NCBI GenBank assembly: GCA_965223545.1
Contig: OZ245006.1
Location: 6,560,001 to 6,624,000, forward strand
Length of the DNA stretch: 64,000 nt
DNA from: Planctomycetota bacterium
Lineage (GTDB): Bacteria > Planctomycetota > UBA1135 > UBA2386
Reading direction: 5' to 3'
Position numbers and translations under genes: made by a program. The notes under the pieces are model-generated. The model was not told the origin of the DNA, made no database searches, and was given only the letters and a program-made list of their open reading frames with translations. Positions 46,020 through 57,213 of the stretch are shown one piece after another (the stretch's first letter is position 1; each line of letters starts with the position of its first letter).

Positions 46020-47539
46020 CAGCGCACGAAGACGCGCGAGTAGCGGTAGTACGCCTCGAGCGTCAGGACCAGCGTGGCCGTCGAGTAGACGCGGCCGCCG
46101 TCTTCACCCCATGCGCCGATCGGGTCCCACGAGCCGGCGAAGTTGCCGTCGTCGCGCTGGGTCTTCACCACCGCCTTGTTGATCTCCTTGGACCACTTGT
46201 TCCAGTGGTGCTTGCCCATCTGATAGAGGGCGTAGGTGGCGTAGTACCAGTAGTAGTGGTCGATGTCGCCGGTCTCTTCGTTCCAGACCGGCGGCTTGGC
46301 GAGGATCGCGTCGGCGGACTTCTCCATGATCGGCGTGGACTCGGGGTCCTGGCCCAGGAAGAAGCGGCACATCAACGCGACGGCGGTCATCGCCTCGCCG
46401 CGGTTGGCCGGGAAGCGCGTGGCGTGGTCGCCCTCGTGGCGCGACGACGGCTCGCCGCGCTTGGAGTAGCCGGCCTGGCCGGTGACCGGGTCGGTGACCT
46501 GGTCGAACCACGCCTCGCACAGCTTGAGCGCCTGCGTGTTGACGGTCAGCTTGAAGTCCTGCGCCGACTTGTACGCCATCACCGCCCAGCCGGTGACCGA
46601 CGTGTCGTTGTCGTTGTCGCGCGGCTGGTAGCGCCAGACGGCGTAGGGGTTGCGGTGCGCCTCGAGGTAGTTGAGGCCCTTCTGCGCGTACTTGCGCAGC
46701 AGCTGCGACTGCGACAGCCCGTAGGCCTCGATCATCGCCAGCGCCGCGAGTGCGTGGTCGTAGATGAAGTCGTGCGAGGCGTCGGTGCCGAACAGGCCGT
46801 TCTCCTGCTGCTGCTCGCGCAGCCAGCGGACCGCCATCTTGACCTGGTCCTTGTAGGGGCCGCTGCGCAGGGTCGAGCCGTCGCCCAAGAACGCCAGCAA
46901 CGCCAGCGCAGTGACGCCGACGTCGTGCACCGGGTTGCCGGGGCCGTCGCAGGGCTCGCCGTCCTCGTCGTGCTTGGCGAAGTCGTCGGCGTCCCACTTG
47001 CCGTCCTCGTCCTGGTGGTTCTTCAACCACTCGAGGCCCGCCTCGATCGCCTTGGCGGTGTCGCGACCGCCCTTGGCTCCCAGCTTGCCGCGGCCACCGC
47101 CGCGGCCGCCGAACTTGCCGCCGGCGCCGCCGCCGAGACCGACGGCGGTGTTCCACTGGTCGCTGTCGAAGGCCGACTCGACGGTGTCGCTGATGTCGTC
47201 GAACGTCTCCTCGGTGACCTCCTCGGTGACGATCTCCTGATCCTGCAGCACCGGCTCTTCGGGCTCCTCCTCCTCGGGCTCCTCCTCCGGCTCTTCTTCC
47301 TCCTCGATCTCCTCCGGAGGCTTGGGCTGCTCCATCTTCACCGACTCGTCGATGTTGGTCGGCGGGGCGGCGGGGATCAGCAGCAGGACGAAGATCACCA
47401 CGCCGTGGATCAGCACCGACAGCAGCAGCCACGGCGCGTGCCGCAGCTGGTCGGCCATCATCTCCTGGAAGGAGGGCTCGTTGTCCCAAATGGGAGGCGT
47501 GTGCGACTCGACGTGGTATTTGCTGGGATCGATGGACAT
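46019..47539 (-). CDS. Prenyltransferase/squalene-oxidase repeat membrane protein, paralog B
   Basis: ATG 47539 (MSIDPSKY); colinear with and highly similar to 44175-45695. Confidence 0.85.
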   Translation of the reverse strand: MSIDPSKYHVESHTPPIWDNEPSFQEMMADQLRHAPWLLLSVLIHGVVIFVLLLIPAAPPTNIDESVKMEQPKPPEEIEEEEEPEEEPEEEEPEEPVLQDQEIVTEEVTEETFDDISDTVESAFDSDQWNTAVGLGGGAGGKFGGRGGGRGKLGAKGGRDTAKAIEAGLEWLKNHQDEDGKWDADDFAKHDEDGEPCDGPGNPVHDVGVTALALLAFLGDGSTLRSGPYKDQVKMAVRWLREQQQENGLFGTDASHDFIYDHALAALAMIEAYGLSQSQLLRKYAQKGLNYLEAHRNPYAVWRYQPRDNDNDTSVTGWAVMAYKSAQDFKLTVNTQALKLCEAWFDQVTDPVTGQAGYSKRGEPSSRHEGDHATRFPANRGEAMTAVALMCRFFLGQDPESTPIMEKSADAILAKPPVWNEETGDIDHYYWYYATYALYQMGKHHWNKWSKEINKAVVKTQRDDGNFAGSWDPIGAWGEDGGRVYSTATLVLTLEAYYRYSRVFVR

Positions 47540-47801
47540 GGGCCTTGGTCCTGGCGGCCTCTTTGGGGGGGCCTCGTGGGGGGATGCGACCGAGCGTCGA
47601 CGCGAAACGCCTCTCGTCAGGAGGCTTCGGTCGGGCCGGTCTCGTACCGCGGAACGCAACCGGGCAACGAGGGCAGTGGCCCGCCGGTTCAGTACGAGTT
47701 GGGCAAAGTAGCGACGCGGCGCGCCGTTGCCAAGGATCGCGCGGCGCGCTGTTTTCTGCTGTGCGCAAACCCGCGATGGCGGGGGCCGCCGGCCGCGCCG
47801 A

Positions 47802-48875
47802 TCAGCGGTAGGGCGCGCGCCGGGGAACGGCTTGGAACGCCTTCTGGCTGGCTTGGATCATCTCCTGCAGCAGCACCAGCCGGCGCTCCGCGACGAGCCA
47901 GACCTGGATCTCCTGCTGCACCGTCGGATCGTCGAACGGACGGTGCACGGCCTCGATCCGACGGGCGATGCGCAGCACCCAGGAGTTGTTGCCGACCGCG
48001 ATCGGCTCCGACACTGCACCGGCCGTGCCGTTGGTCGCGAACTGCTTGATGTAGGTCGCTCGGTCGTCGTCGGGGTGGTCGCGGACGTTGGTGCGCGGCG
48101 CCAGCGCCCGGCCGCCGAACTCGGCCGCGATGTCGGCGGCGGCCGCGTCGCGCTGCCGCCAAGCCGCGGCCGCTGCCGTGGCGCGCTCGGCGGCTGCCGC
48201 CGGGTCGTTGCCGCCGGGGAACACCACGACCTCGACGTCGGCGGCCGCCTCCTGGTGGAAGCGGTCGCGGTGGCGCTCGTAGTAGCGCCGCATCTCGGCC
48301 GGCGTGACCCAGAGCGCGCGCAGATCGCGGTAGCGCTCGGCGAAGGAGCGCTGCTCGGCGAGCTGGGCGAGGGCCGTCGTGCGGCGCTCCTCGCGCACCG
48401 TCGGCCAAGTCGTGCCCAGCAGATCGAGCTGCTGGCTGTACTTCGTCAGACTGCCGGCGTTCTCGATCTCGGCGCGCTGCTGATCGGCCAAGAACTGCTC
48501 GAACACCTGGTCGACCTGCTGTGGCGTGCTGCCGCGCTGGATGCGGGCGGCCTGCGCCATCGCCTCGGTCTGGAAGATGTTGCGCAAGAACTCGAACTCC
48601 CAGCGCTCGATCTCTTCGCGCGTCGGCCGGTGGCCCTGGCCGAGTGCACCCTGGATCCGCGCTTGGATCTCGCGGGCGATGCGGCTCTCGAGGATCGCGG
48701 TGTCGCCGACGGTGGCGGCGATCGCGTCGAGGCGGATGCCCTTGTTCCGGTCCGCCGCGGGGTCCTGGCCGGCGGGCGGCGAGGGATCCTGGGCGCGGCC
48801 GGCGAAGCCGCATCCGAGCAGCACTACGATTGCCGCGAGCGTCGCTCGCGGCGCGGTCGCTGGGCGCGCTGGCAT
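47802..48875 (-). CDS. SurA/PpiC-like periplasmic chaperone
   Basis: Signal peptide; DAIAATVGDTAIL; VTPAEMRRYY; GAVSEPI; directly downstream of mfd. Confidence 0.7.
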   Translation of the reverse strand: MPARPATAPRATLAAIVVLLGCGFAGRAQDPSPPAGQDPAADRNKGIRLDAIAATVGDTAILESRIAREIQARIQGALGQGHRPTREEIERWEFEFLRNIFQTEAMAQAARIQRGSTPQQVDQVFEQFLADQQRAEIENAGSLTKYSQQLDLLGTTWPTVREERRTTALAQLAEQRSFAERYRDLRALWVTPAEMRRYYERHRDRFHQEAAADVEVVVFPGGNDPAAAAERATAAAAAWRQRDAAAADIAAEFGGRALAPRTNVRDHPDDDRATYIKQFATNGTAGAVSEPIAVGNNSWVLRIARRIEAVHRPFDDPTVQQEIQVWLVAERRLVLLQEMIQASQKAFQAVPRRAPYR

Positions 48876-51800
48876 GATTGGCGCATCTTCTCCGCGGCGG
48901 CGGGCCCGAGCAAGGCGCGCAGCAACAACGCCAGCACCGCGTCCCCGGTCCACGGCGATCGGCCGCGGCGGCGGGGCAGCACCAGGTGGGTCTTGCCGGC
49001 TTCGACCTGGCGCACGTCGGCGAAGGCATCCAGCCAGGCGCCGCCCGGCGGCTCGCCCGGTGGGGTGCGCACGATGACGCGGTCCTCGCCGGTGAACTGC
49101 AGGCCGACCACGGCGTGGTCGATGAGCGCGTGCTTGAGCAGGAACACGCACAGCAGGTTGGTCACCGGTGCCGGCAGGGTGCCGAACCGGTCGGTGAGCG
49201 ATCGCAGACACTCGAGGGCTGCGTCGACGTGCACCGCGCCGTCGAGCTCGCGCAGGAGCTCGAGCCGCTCCTTGGGATCCTGCGCCAGCGCATCGGGCAG
49301 ATAGGCCTCGACCTGCACGTCGACGTCGACCTCGGCCACCATCGGCGCCAGCGTCTCGGCGCGCTGTGCCGCGTCGATCGCGCCGCGCAACAGCTCGCAG
49401 TACATCTCGTAGCCGACGGCGGCGATGTGGCCCGATTGCTGCGGGCCGAGCAGGTTGCCGGCGCCGCGGATCTCGAGGTCCTTCATCGCCACGGCGAAGC
49501 CGGCACCGAGGTGCGAGAACTCCTCGAGGGCTTTGAGCCGCTTGCGCGCGTCGTCACGCGGCGGGTTGGCGCGGTCGAGCAGGAGGAAGCAGTAGGCCTG
49601 GCGGTCCGAGCGGCCGACCCGGCCGCGCAGCTGGTGCAGCTCGGCCAGGCCGAAGCAGTCGGCCCGTTCGATCAGGATCGTGTTGGCGCGCGGCAGGTCG
49701 AGGCCGTTTTCGACGATCGTCGTGCTGACCAGCACGTCGAAGTCGCCGGCGACGAAGCGCCGCACGGTCTTCTCCATCTCGGTGGCGGTCATCTTGCCGT
49801 GGCCGATCGCCACCCGGGCGCCCGGGGCCAGCTCGCGCACCGTTTGCGCCGTGTGCTCGAGGGTGTCGATGCGGTTGTGGATGACGAACACTTGCCCTTC
49901 GCGGGCCAGCTCGCGCTGCAGTGCGTCGCGCAACACGACGGGATCCCAGAACAGCACGCGGGTGTCGACGTCCTGGCGGCCGGGCGGCGGCGTCGACAGC
50001 GTCGAGATGCCACGCACGCCGAGCATCGAGGCGTGCAGCGTGCGCGGAATCGGCGTCGCGCTCAGGCTGAGGACGTCGATCTCCAAGCGCAGGCGCTTGA
50101 GGTGCTCCTTGTGGCGCACGCCGAAGCGCTGCTCCTCGTCGATGATCAAGAGGCCGAGGCCGGGGATCTCGACGTCGTCGCTGAGCAGGCGATGGGTGCC
50201 GATGACGACGTCGACCGCACCGCGCGCCATGGCCGCGAGGATCTCGGTGCGCCGCTTGCCGGTGCGGTAGCGCGACAAGACCTCGGTGCGCAGACCGAGC
50301 GGCCCCAGGCGCCGCTCGAACGTCTCGCCGTGCTGTTCGGCCAGCACGGTGGTCGGCACCAGCACCGCGACCTGCCGCCCGTGGATCGCGACCTTGCAGG
50401 CGGCGCGCATCGCCACCTCGGTCTTGCCGAAGCCGACGTCGCCGCACAACAGCCGGTCGGAGATGCCGGCGTCCTCCAGGTCGGCCTTGATCTCCGCCCA
50501 CGCGCGCGCCTGATCGGGGGTGTCGGTGAACGGAAACGCGTCGAGCAGCTCGTCCTCGAGGGGATCGGCCGGATAGGGCTCGCGCTGCACGCGGGCGCGC
50601 TGGGCCATCAGGTCGAGCAGCTCGGCGGCGAGGTCGTACAGCGCCTCGCACACCTCGGCCTTGCGCTTTTGGAAGCCGCGGCCGCCGAGTCGATCCAGCT
50701 TGGGCGCCACGTCGCTGCCGGCGCCGACGTATTTCTGGATCAGATGGATCTTCGACGACGGCACCAGCAGCCGAACGTCGTTGGCGAAGCACAGCCGCAG
50801 GTGGTCCTCGACCGCCGCGCCGCGCTCGACGCGCTCGATGCCCTCGAACTGCGCGATGCCGTGCGCGGCGTGCACGACGGTGTCGCCCGGACCGAGCTCG
50901 AAGAAGCTGGCCAGCGCCTTGGTCGGCAGCACCGGTCGTTCGCGCACCCGGGTCGACTGGCCGGCGCCGGCGAACTCGACGTTGGAGATCACCGTCAGCG
51001 AAAGGTCGGGGATCCGGAAGCCCCGGCTCAGGGCACCGACCGCGAGCTGGACGTGCTCGGCGGCCAGGTCGACGTCCTTGCGCGCGAAGATCCGCGCCAG
51101 CCGCTCGCGCTCGTCCTCGTTGCGGCAGAGGATGCGGACCGCGCCCTTCTTGACACCGCGGATGCCGTTGAGCCGGCCGAGCGGGTCCGCCTCGCCACAG
51201 CCGGTCGCGCTGCCCGCCGACAGCACCTTGAAGTCGAGGTCGTGGCTCGGCAGCGACGACACGTCGAGCCGCGGGATGCGCGCGATCGAGTCGGCGAACG
51301 CTGCCAGGCGGGCCGCGCCGTCGTCGCGGTGCAGAGTGATGGCGGCGCGCTGCTCGTCGATGCGCAGCGGTTCGACCTGGACCACCAGCAGATCGGGGCG
51401 GCCCAGGTGTTCGATGGCATGGCCGGCGGCGCCGGCGTCGCGCGTGTCGGTGGAACCCAGCGGCAGGGTCACCTGCTCGAGCACGGCGAGCGACCGCTGC
51501 GTGCTCGGCTCGAAGCGTCGCACGGACTCGAGCACGTCGTCGAACAGTTCCAGGCGCAGCGCATCCGGCGCGCCGAGCGCGAAGACGTCGACGATGTCGC
51601 CGCGCACACTGATCTCGCCCGGGCCGAGCACGACTGGCACGCGGCGCAGGCCCGCGGCTTCCGCCTTCGCCAACAAAGCGGCTTGTTGCAGCGGTGCGCC
51701 CGCGCGCAGCACCAGGTCGCCTCCGCGCAGAGCAGCCGGCCGCGGCACGGGATCGATCAGTGCGGCGAGACTGGCGATCGCGGTGAACGCGTCGTTCTCG

Positions 51801-52147
51801 GAGATCGTCAACAGGGCGGCCAAGCGCTGCTGGGTCGACGACGGTTCGGATTCGCCCTGCACGTCGCGGACCTGTGCGTCGAGTCGAGTGATCGGTCGAT
51901 CGCTGAAGCTGTGCAGGTCGGCCTCGAGCGTCGCCGCGTGCTCGTCGTCGGCGCAGACGACCAGCAGCGGCCCCGGCCGGCGTTCGACGAGCGTCGCCAG
52001 CAGCAACGCGGCGCTGCCACCCCACAGACCGCCGGCCGCGCGCTGCTGTCCGCTGCGGACCGCTGCCAGCACGCGCCCGGCCTGCTCGAGCTCGGCGAAG
52101 CGCGCCCTCGGTGTGGCGGTGAGACGAGAAGTGACGGGCTCGACCAA
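48824..52147 (-). CDS. mfd: Transcription-repair coupling factor
   Basis: RLLCGDVGFGKTEVA, DEEQRFGV, QLRGRVGRS, DLEIRGAGNLLG. Confidence 0.97.
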   Translation of the reverse strand: MVEPVTSRLTATPRARFAELEQAGRVLAAVRSGQQRAAGGLWGGSAALLLATLVERRPGPLLVVCADDEHAATLEADLHSFSDRPITRLDAQVRDVQGESEPSSTQQRLAALLTISENDAFTAIASLAALIDPVPRPAALRGGDLVLRAGAPLQQAALLAKAEAAGLRRVPVVLGPGEISVRGDIVDVFALGAPDALRLELFDDVLESVRRFEPSTQRSLAVLEQVTLPLGSTDTRDAGAAGHAIEHLGRPDLLVVQVEPLRIDEQRAAITLHRDDGAARLAAFADSIARIPRLDVSSLPSHDLDFKVLSAGSATGCGEADPLGRLNGIRGVKKGAVRILCRNEDERERLARIFARKDVDLAAEHVQLAVGALSRGFRIPDLSLTVISNVEFAGAGQSTRVRERPVLPTKALASFFELGPGDTVVHAAHGIAQFEGIERVERGAAVEDHLRLCFANDVRLLVPSSKIHLIQKYVGAGSDVAPKLDRLGGRGFQKRKAEVCEALYDLAAELLDLMAQRARVQREPYPADPLEDELLDAFPFTDTPDQARAWAEIKADLEDAGISDRLLCGDVGFGKTEVAMRAACKVAIHGRQVAVLVPTTVLAEQHGETFERRLGPLGLRTEVLSRYRTGKRRTEILAAMARGAVDVVIGTHRLLSDDVEIPGLGLLIIDEEQRFGVRHKEHLKRLRLEIDVLSLSATPIPRTLHASMLGVRGISTLSTPPPGRQDVDTRVLFWDPVVLRDALQRELAREGQVFVIHNRIDTLEHTAQTVRELAPGARVAIGHGKMTATEMEKTVRRFVAGDFDVLVSTTIVENGLDLPRANTILIERADCFGLAELHQLRGRVGRSDRQAYCFLLLDRANPPRDDARKRLKALEEFSHLGAGFAVAMKDLEIRGAGNLLGPQQSGHIAAVGYEMYCELLRGAIDAAQRAETLAPMVAEVDVDVQVEAYLPDALAQDPKERLELLRELDGAVHVDAALECLRSLTDRFGTLPAPVTNLLCVFLLKHALIDHAVVGLQFTGEDRVIVRTPPGEPPGGAWLDAFADVRQVEAGKTHLVLPRRRGRSPWTGDAVLALLLRALLGPAAAEKMRQSCQRAQRPRRERRSRQS

Positions 52148-52169
52148 AGGGAGGACTCCGGGTCGTGCC

Positions 52170-52922
52170 TCAGTCTTGTCCGGATTCGCGCCGGCGCTGC
52201 TGCAGCAGCTGCAGCGCGCGGGCCGCCGCCTGCTTTTCGGCGGCTTGTTTGGTGCGGCCGGAGCCGTCGGCGACGCGCTCTTCGCCCACGATCACCGTCA
52301 CGCGAAACCGCAGGTCGTGATCGGGTCCCCAGGCGTCATCCAGCTCGTAGCGCGGCTGGCCCATTTCGTGGATCTGCGCGAAGTGCAGCAGCCGGCTCTT
52401 GGCATCGCGTTCGGTCGGTCGGGGTAGGTCGTTGTCCGCGGCAAGCACGTGCCGCCGCACGAATCGGCGCGCCGGCTCGATGCCGCCGTCGATGTAGATC
52501 GCGGCGACCACCGCTTCGACGAGGTCGGCGAGGATGCGCGGCGATTGGCGGTCGCGCTCTTGCAGCCCGCGGCCGCCGACCAGGTAGCGCCCGAGCTGCA
52601 GGGAGTTCGCGACCGCGGCCAGGGGCGCGCGGCTGACGATGCGGGCGCGGCGATCGGTGAGCGCGCCCTCGGGGATCTCCGGCGTGGTGTGGAACAGGGA
52701 GTCGGCGACCAGAAAGCCGAGGATCGCGTCGCCGAGGAACTCCAGCCGCTCGTAGTTGTCCCGCCCTTCGTTGCCGGTCGAGGAATGGCACAACGCTCGC
52801 TCCAGCAGGGCGATGTCCGCGAACCGGTGGCCCAGGCGGCTGGCCAGCTGCTGCAGCTCGCGGCCGCGCGCGTCGTCGTCGGTCGGGTCGGGGGCGGTGG
52901 GGTCGGGGTCGGCGTCGTTCAC
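52170..52922 (-). CDS. rnc: Ribonuclease III
   Basis: NYERLEFLGDAILG signature; C-terminal dsRBD (AEKQAA). Confidence 0.96.
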   Translation of the reverse strand: MNDADPDPTAPDPTDDDARGRELQQLASRLGHRFADIALLERALCHSSTGNEGRDNYERLEFLGDAILGFLVADSLFHTTPEIPEGALTDRRARIVSRAPLAAVANSLQLGRYLVGGRGLQERDRQSPRILADLVEAVVAAIYIDGGIEPARRFVRRHVLAADNDLPRPTERDAKSRLLHFAQIHEMGQPRYELDDAWGPDHDLRFRVTVIVGEERVADGSGRTKQAAEKQAAARALQLLQQRRRESGQD

Positions 52923-53001
52923 GAGAACCCGTCCAAGCTACGGCGGCGCGGGGCGAAAACAGTGGCTCCTTTTGGCCGAGCCATCGCCCGGGGCCGAGGG
53001 C

Positions 53002-53050
53002 TGGACAGCGGCCTTCGAGAATGTTAGAATCTAATTCTTTAGAACTCGAA
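53002..53050 (+). promoter_or_regulatory. Sigma70 promoter with overlapping palindromic operator for the BlaI-like repressor
   Basis: TGGACA-17 bp-TAGAAT with an extended TG; concentric dyad TTCGAG..AGAAT-CTA-ATTCT..CTCGAA centred on 53032. Confidence 0.65.
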
Positions 53051-53077
53051 GCGCGGTTTCCGAACAGAGCAGCGGAC

Positions 53078-53467
53078 ATGCCGAGACCCATCCACCGAGA
53101 GCCCACCGACGGTGAGCTGGAAATCCTCAACGTGCTTTGGAGCCGCGGTCCCGCCGAGCTCGGCGTGGTCTGCGATGCGCTCCGGGCGCGGCGCGAGGTG
53201 GCGACCACGACGGTCGCGACCATGCTCAAGATCATGCTCGACAAGCAGCTGGTCGAGCGCGAGCGCGGGCCGCGCGGCTACCGCTGGAGCGCGCGCGTGA
53301 CCCGCCGCGGCGCCCGCCGCGCGCTGCTCGACAAGCTGCTGGCGAACGCGTTCGGCGGCTCGGCGCAGGGGCTGTTGGTCCACCTGGTCGAGGAGGGCAA
53401 CCTGTCCATCGAGGACTGGGAGCAGGTGCGGGCGCTGCTGGATCGCGAGCCGGAGAGCCGCCAATGA
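53078..53467 (+). CDS. BlaI/MecI/CopY family repressor
   Basis: PTDGELEILNVLW, TTVATML, FGGSAQGLLVHL. Confidence 0.93.
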   Translation: MPRPIHREPTDGELEILNVLWSRGPAELGVVCDALRARREVATTTVATMLKIMLDKQLVERERGPRGYRWSARVTRRGARRALLDKLLANAFGGSAQGLLVHLVEEGNLSIEDWEQVRALLDREPESRQ

Positions 53468-55059
53468 CGCCGCAAGACACGGTGGGGTGGCTGGCTTGGC
53501 TGTGGTGGAACGCCGGCTGGATCGCGATCCACGGCGTTTGGATCGCCGCCGCGATCGGCCTTCTGACGCTCGCGGTCGGCCGGCTGGCCCGGCTCGGAGC
53601 GCGCGGCCGCTACGTGCTCGCTTCGGCCGCGCTCGGCGGCCTCGCCGTCGGTCTGCCGCTCGTCGCGGCGTGGACCGCGCGCCAAGCGGACCGGCCCGCG
53701 GTGGTGGGCACGGCGCCGATCGCCGTTGCGAGGTCGGACGTGCGCGCGCCACGAGTCGCCGACGCCGCCGTCGTCGCGCCGGCATCGACGGGACGCTGGC
53801 TCGCCGTCGGGCGGCAGGCGTTTGCCTGGCTGTGGTTGTTGTCCACCGCGATCGGTTGCCTCTACATCGCTCGTGCGGTGGTGTCCGCGCGCCGCCTCTC
53901 CGCCGGCGCGCGGCCCTGCGAGGATCCCGTCGTGCACGACGGGGTGGCGCGCGCCGCGGCCGCGCTCGGTCTGCGCCGGCCGCCGCGCGTGCGCTGCAGC
54001 CCGCAGCTGAGGGGACCGGTCGTGATCGGCGTTTGGCGGCCGACGTTGCTGTTGCCGTCGTCGATGGTGACCGATTGGACAGCGGCCGATCTCGATCTCG
54101 TGCTGCTGCACGAGTGCGCGCACGTGCGGCGGCGCGATCCGTTGGCGCTGTGCCTGCAACGCGCCTGCGAGCTGTTGCTCTGGGCGCATCCGGCGGTGCG
54201 TTGGCTATCGCGCCAGATCTGTCTCGAGCGCGAGCGCTGTTGCGACGCGCTCGCCGTGCGGCACAGCGGCCGCCCGCACGCCTACGCCCGCGCGCTGGTC
54301 GCGCTGGCGTCGCCATCTCATCCAACCATCGGGCTGGCCATGGGGCGCAGCCCACTCGTGGAACGCGTAGCGTCCGTCCTCAACCAGGAGATGTCTGTGA
54401 TGCAATCCTCTCGACGTTCGATTCTCTCGATGACCGCGCTCGGCGTCCTCGGACTCGCCGCGGTCGCCGTCCGCGCACAAGATCCGGCGCCAGCTTGTCC
54501 CCGGGCCTGCTGCCGCGCCGCCGCGGAGACTCCGGCGGAGACGCCGGTCGCGACGAGTGGCGAACAAGCGCAGTGTGAGCGCGAAGAGAAGCGGCAACAG
54601 GACCAGCGCGAGGCGCTGCTCGCGTACATCAGCGCGCACGGCTTCGCGCACGGGCAGATGCCGCCAAACGTCAAGTGCTCGGACTGCCACACCGTTGGCA
54701 GCGTCGGCAGGGCCTACACGGTGCGGGCCGGTGATTCGCTGATGCGGATCGCCCGCAACGAGCTCGGAGACGCCAGATACGTCGAGCGATTGGCGAAGGC
54801 CAACGCCCTTGTCGATCCGCGACGGCTCGCGGTCGGGCAACAGCTGTGGCTGCCGCCGGTGCACGAGGCGCGCACCGAGAATCCGCTGCTGCAAGAACCG
54901 GCCGGTGGCGATCAGGCCGCGGCTTCGGCCGAGCGCGCGATCGCGCGCGACGACGAGACCGCGGTGTTGCGCGAGCGCATCACCAAGTTGGAGGAGACGG
55001 TGCGTCTGCTGCAAGAAGAGCTGGCGGCCAAGCGCCGCGGCCGTCGCAAGGGGCGTTGA
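53464..55059 (+). CDS. BlaR1-like M56 metallopeptidase with C-terminal CxxCH and LysM
   Basis: TM segments; HECAH; ERCCD; later CSDCH and YTVRAGDSLMRIA LysM; ATGA overlap with the repressor. Confidence 0.9.
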   Translation: MTPQDTVGWLAWLWWNAGWIAIHGVWIAAAIGLLTLAVGRLARLGARGRYVLASAALGGLAVGLPLVAAWTARQADRPAVVGTAPIAVARSDVRAPRVADAAVVAPASTGRWLAVGRQAFAWLWLLSTAIGCLYIARAVVSARRLSAGARPCEDPVVHDGVARAAAALGLRRPPRVRCSPQLRGPVVIGVWRPTLLLPSSMVTDWTAADLDLVLLHECAHVRRRDPLALCLQRACELLLWAHPAVRWLSRQICLERERCCDALAVRHSGRPHAYARALVALASPSHPTIGLAMGRSPLVERVASVLNQEMSVMQSSRRSILSMTALGVLGLAAVAVRAQDPAPACPRACCRAAAETPAETPVATSGEQAQCEREEKRQQDQREALLAYISAHGFAHGQMPPNVKCSDCHTVGSVGRAYTVRAGDSLMRIARNELGDARYVERLAKANALVDPRRLAVGQQLWLPPVHEARTENPLLQEPAGGDQAAASAERAIARDDETAVLRERITKLEETVRLLQEELAAKRRGRRKGR

Positions 55060-55100
55060 GATCGCCGCGCGCTGCGCTCTCCGCCGTCGTTCGCAGCCGC

Positions 55101-56912
<1,812 letters not shown>

Positions 56913-57213
56913 GGTTCGGGCCTTCAGGGCGTCGGAGAAGCGGCGGAGCATGCCGGCGGCCGGCGCCGGGAGCAAGGCCGCGATTGCGGGCTTCGCCCTG
57001 CGGGTGGTTGCCTCAGGGCTTCGCCGGAAGGAGTCGCGGATCGAGACCGCGCCCGGTGGCTGCCGTTTGGCGCCATGCCGTGGGGGCAACTGTGGGTGCG
57101 CGGCGCACCGGTCCATCTTCGCGGTTGACGGCCGCGCGCACGGCGCCGCGCCGTGGAGCACGCTTCTGCGGGGCGTCCCGGTGGTCGACCGGGGCGTCGT
57201 GTTTCGGCTTCCG

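Noticed and set aside
48878..52636. 1252-aa plus-strand ORF and similar long ORFs (35333-37390, 45971-48049, 58753-61413, 118-1227)
   Set aside because: These are antisense shadows of real genes, expected in high-GC DNA, and carry no recognisable motifs.
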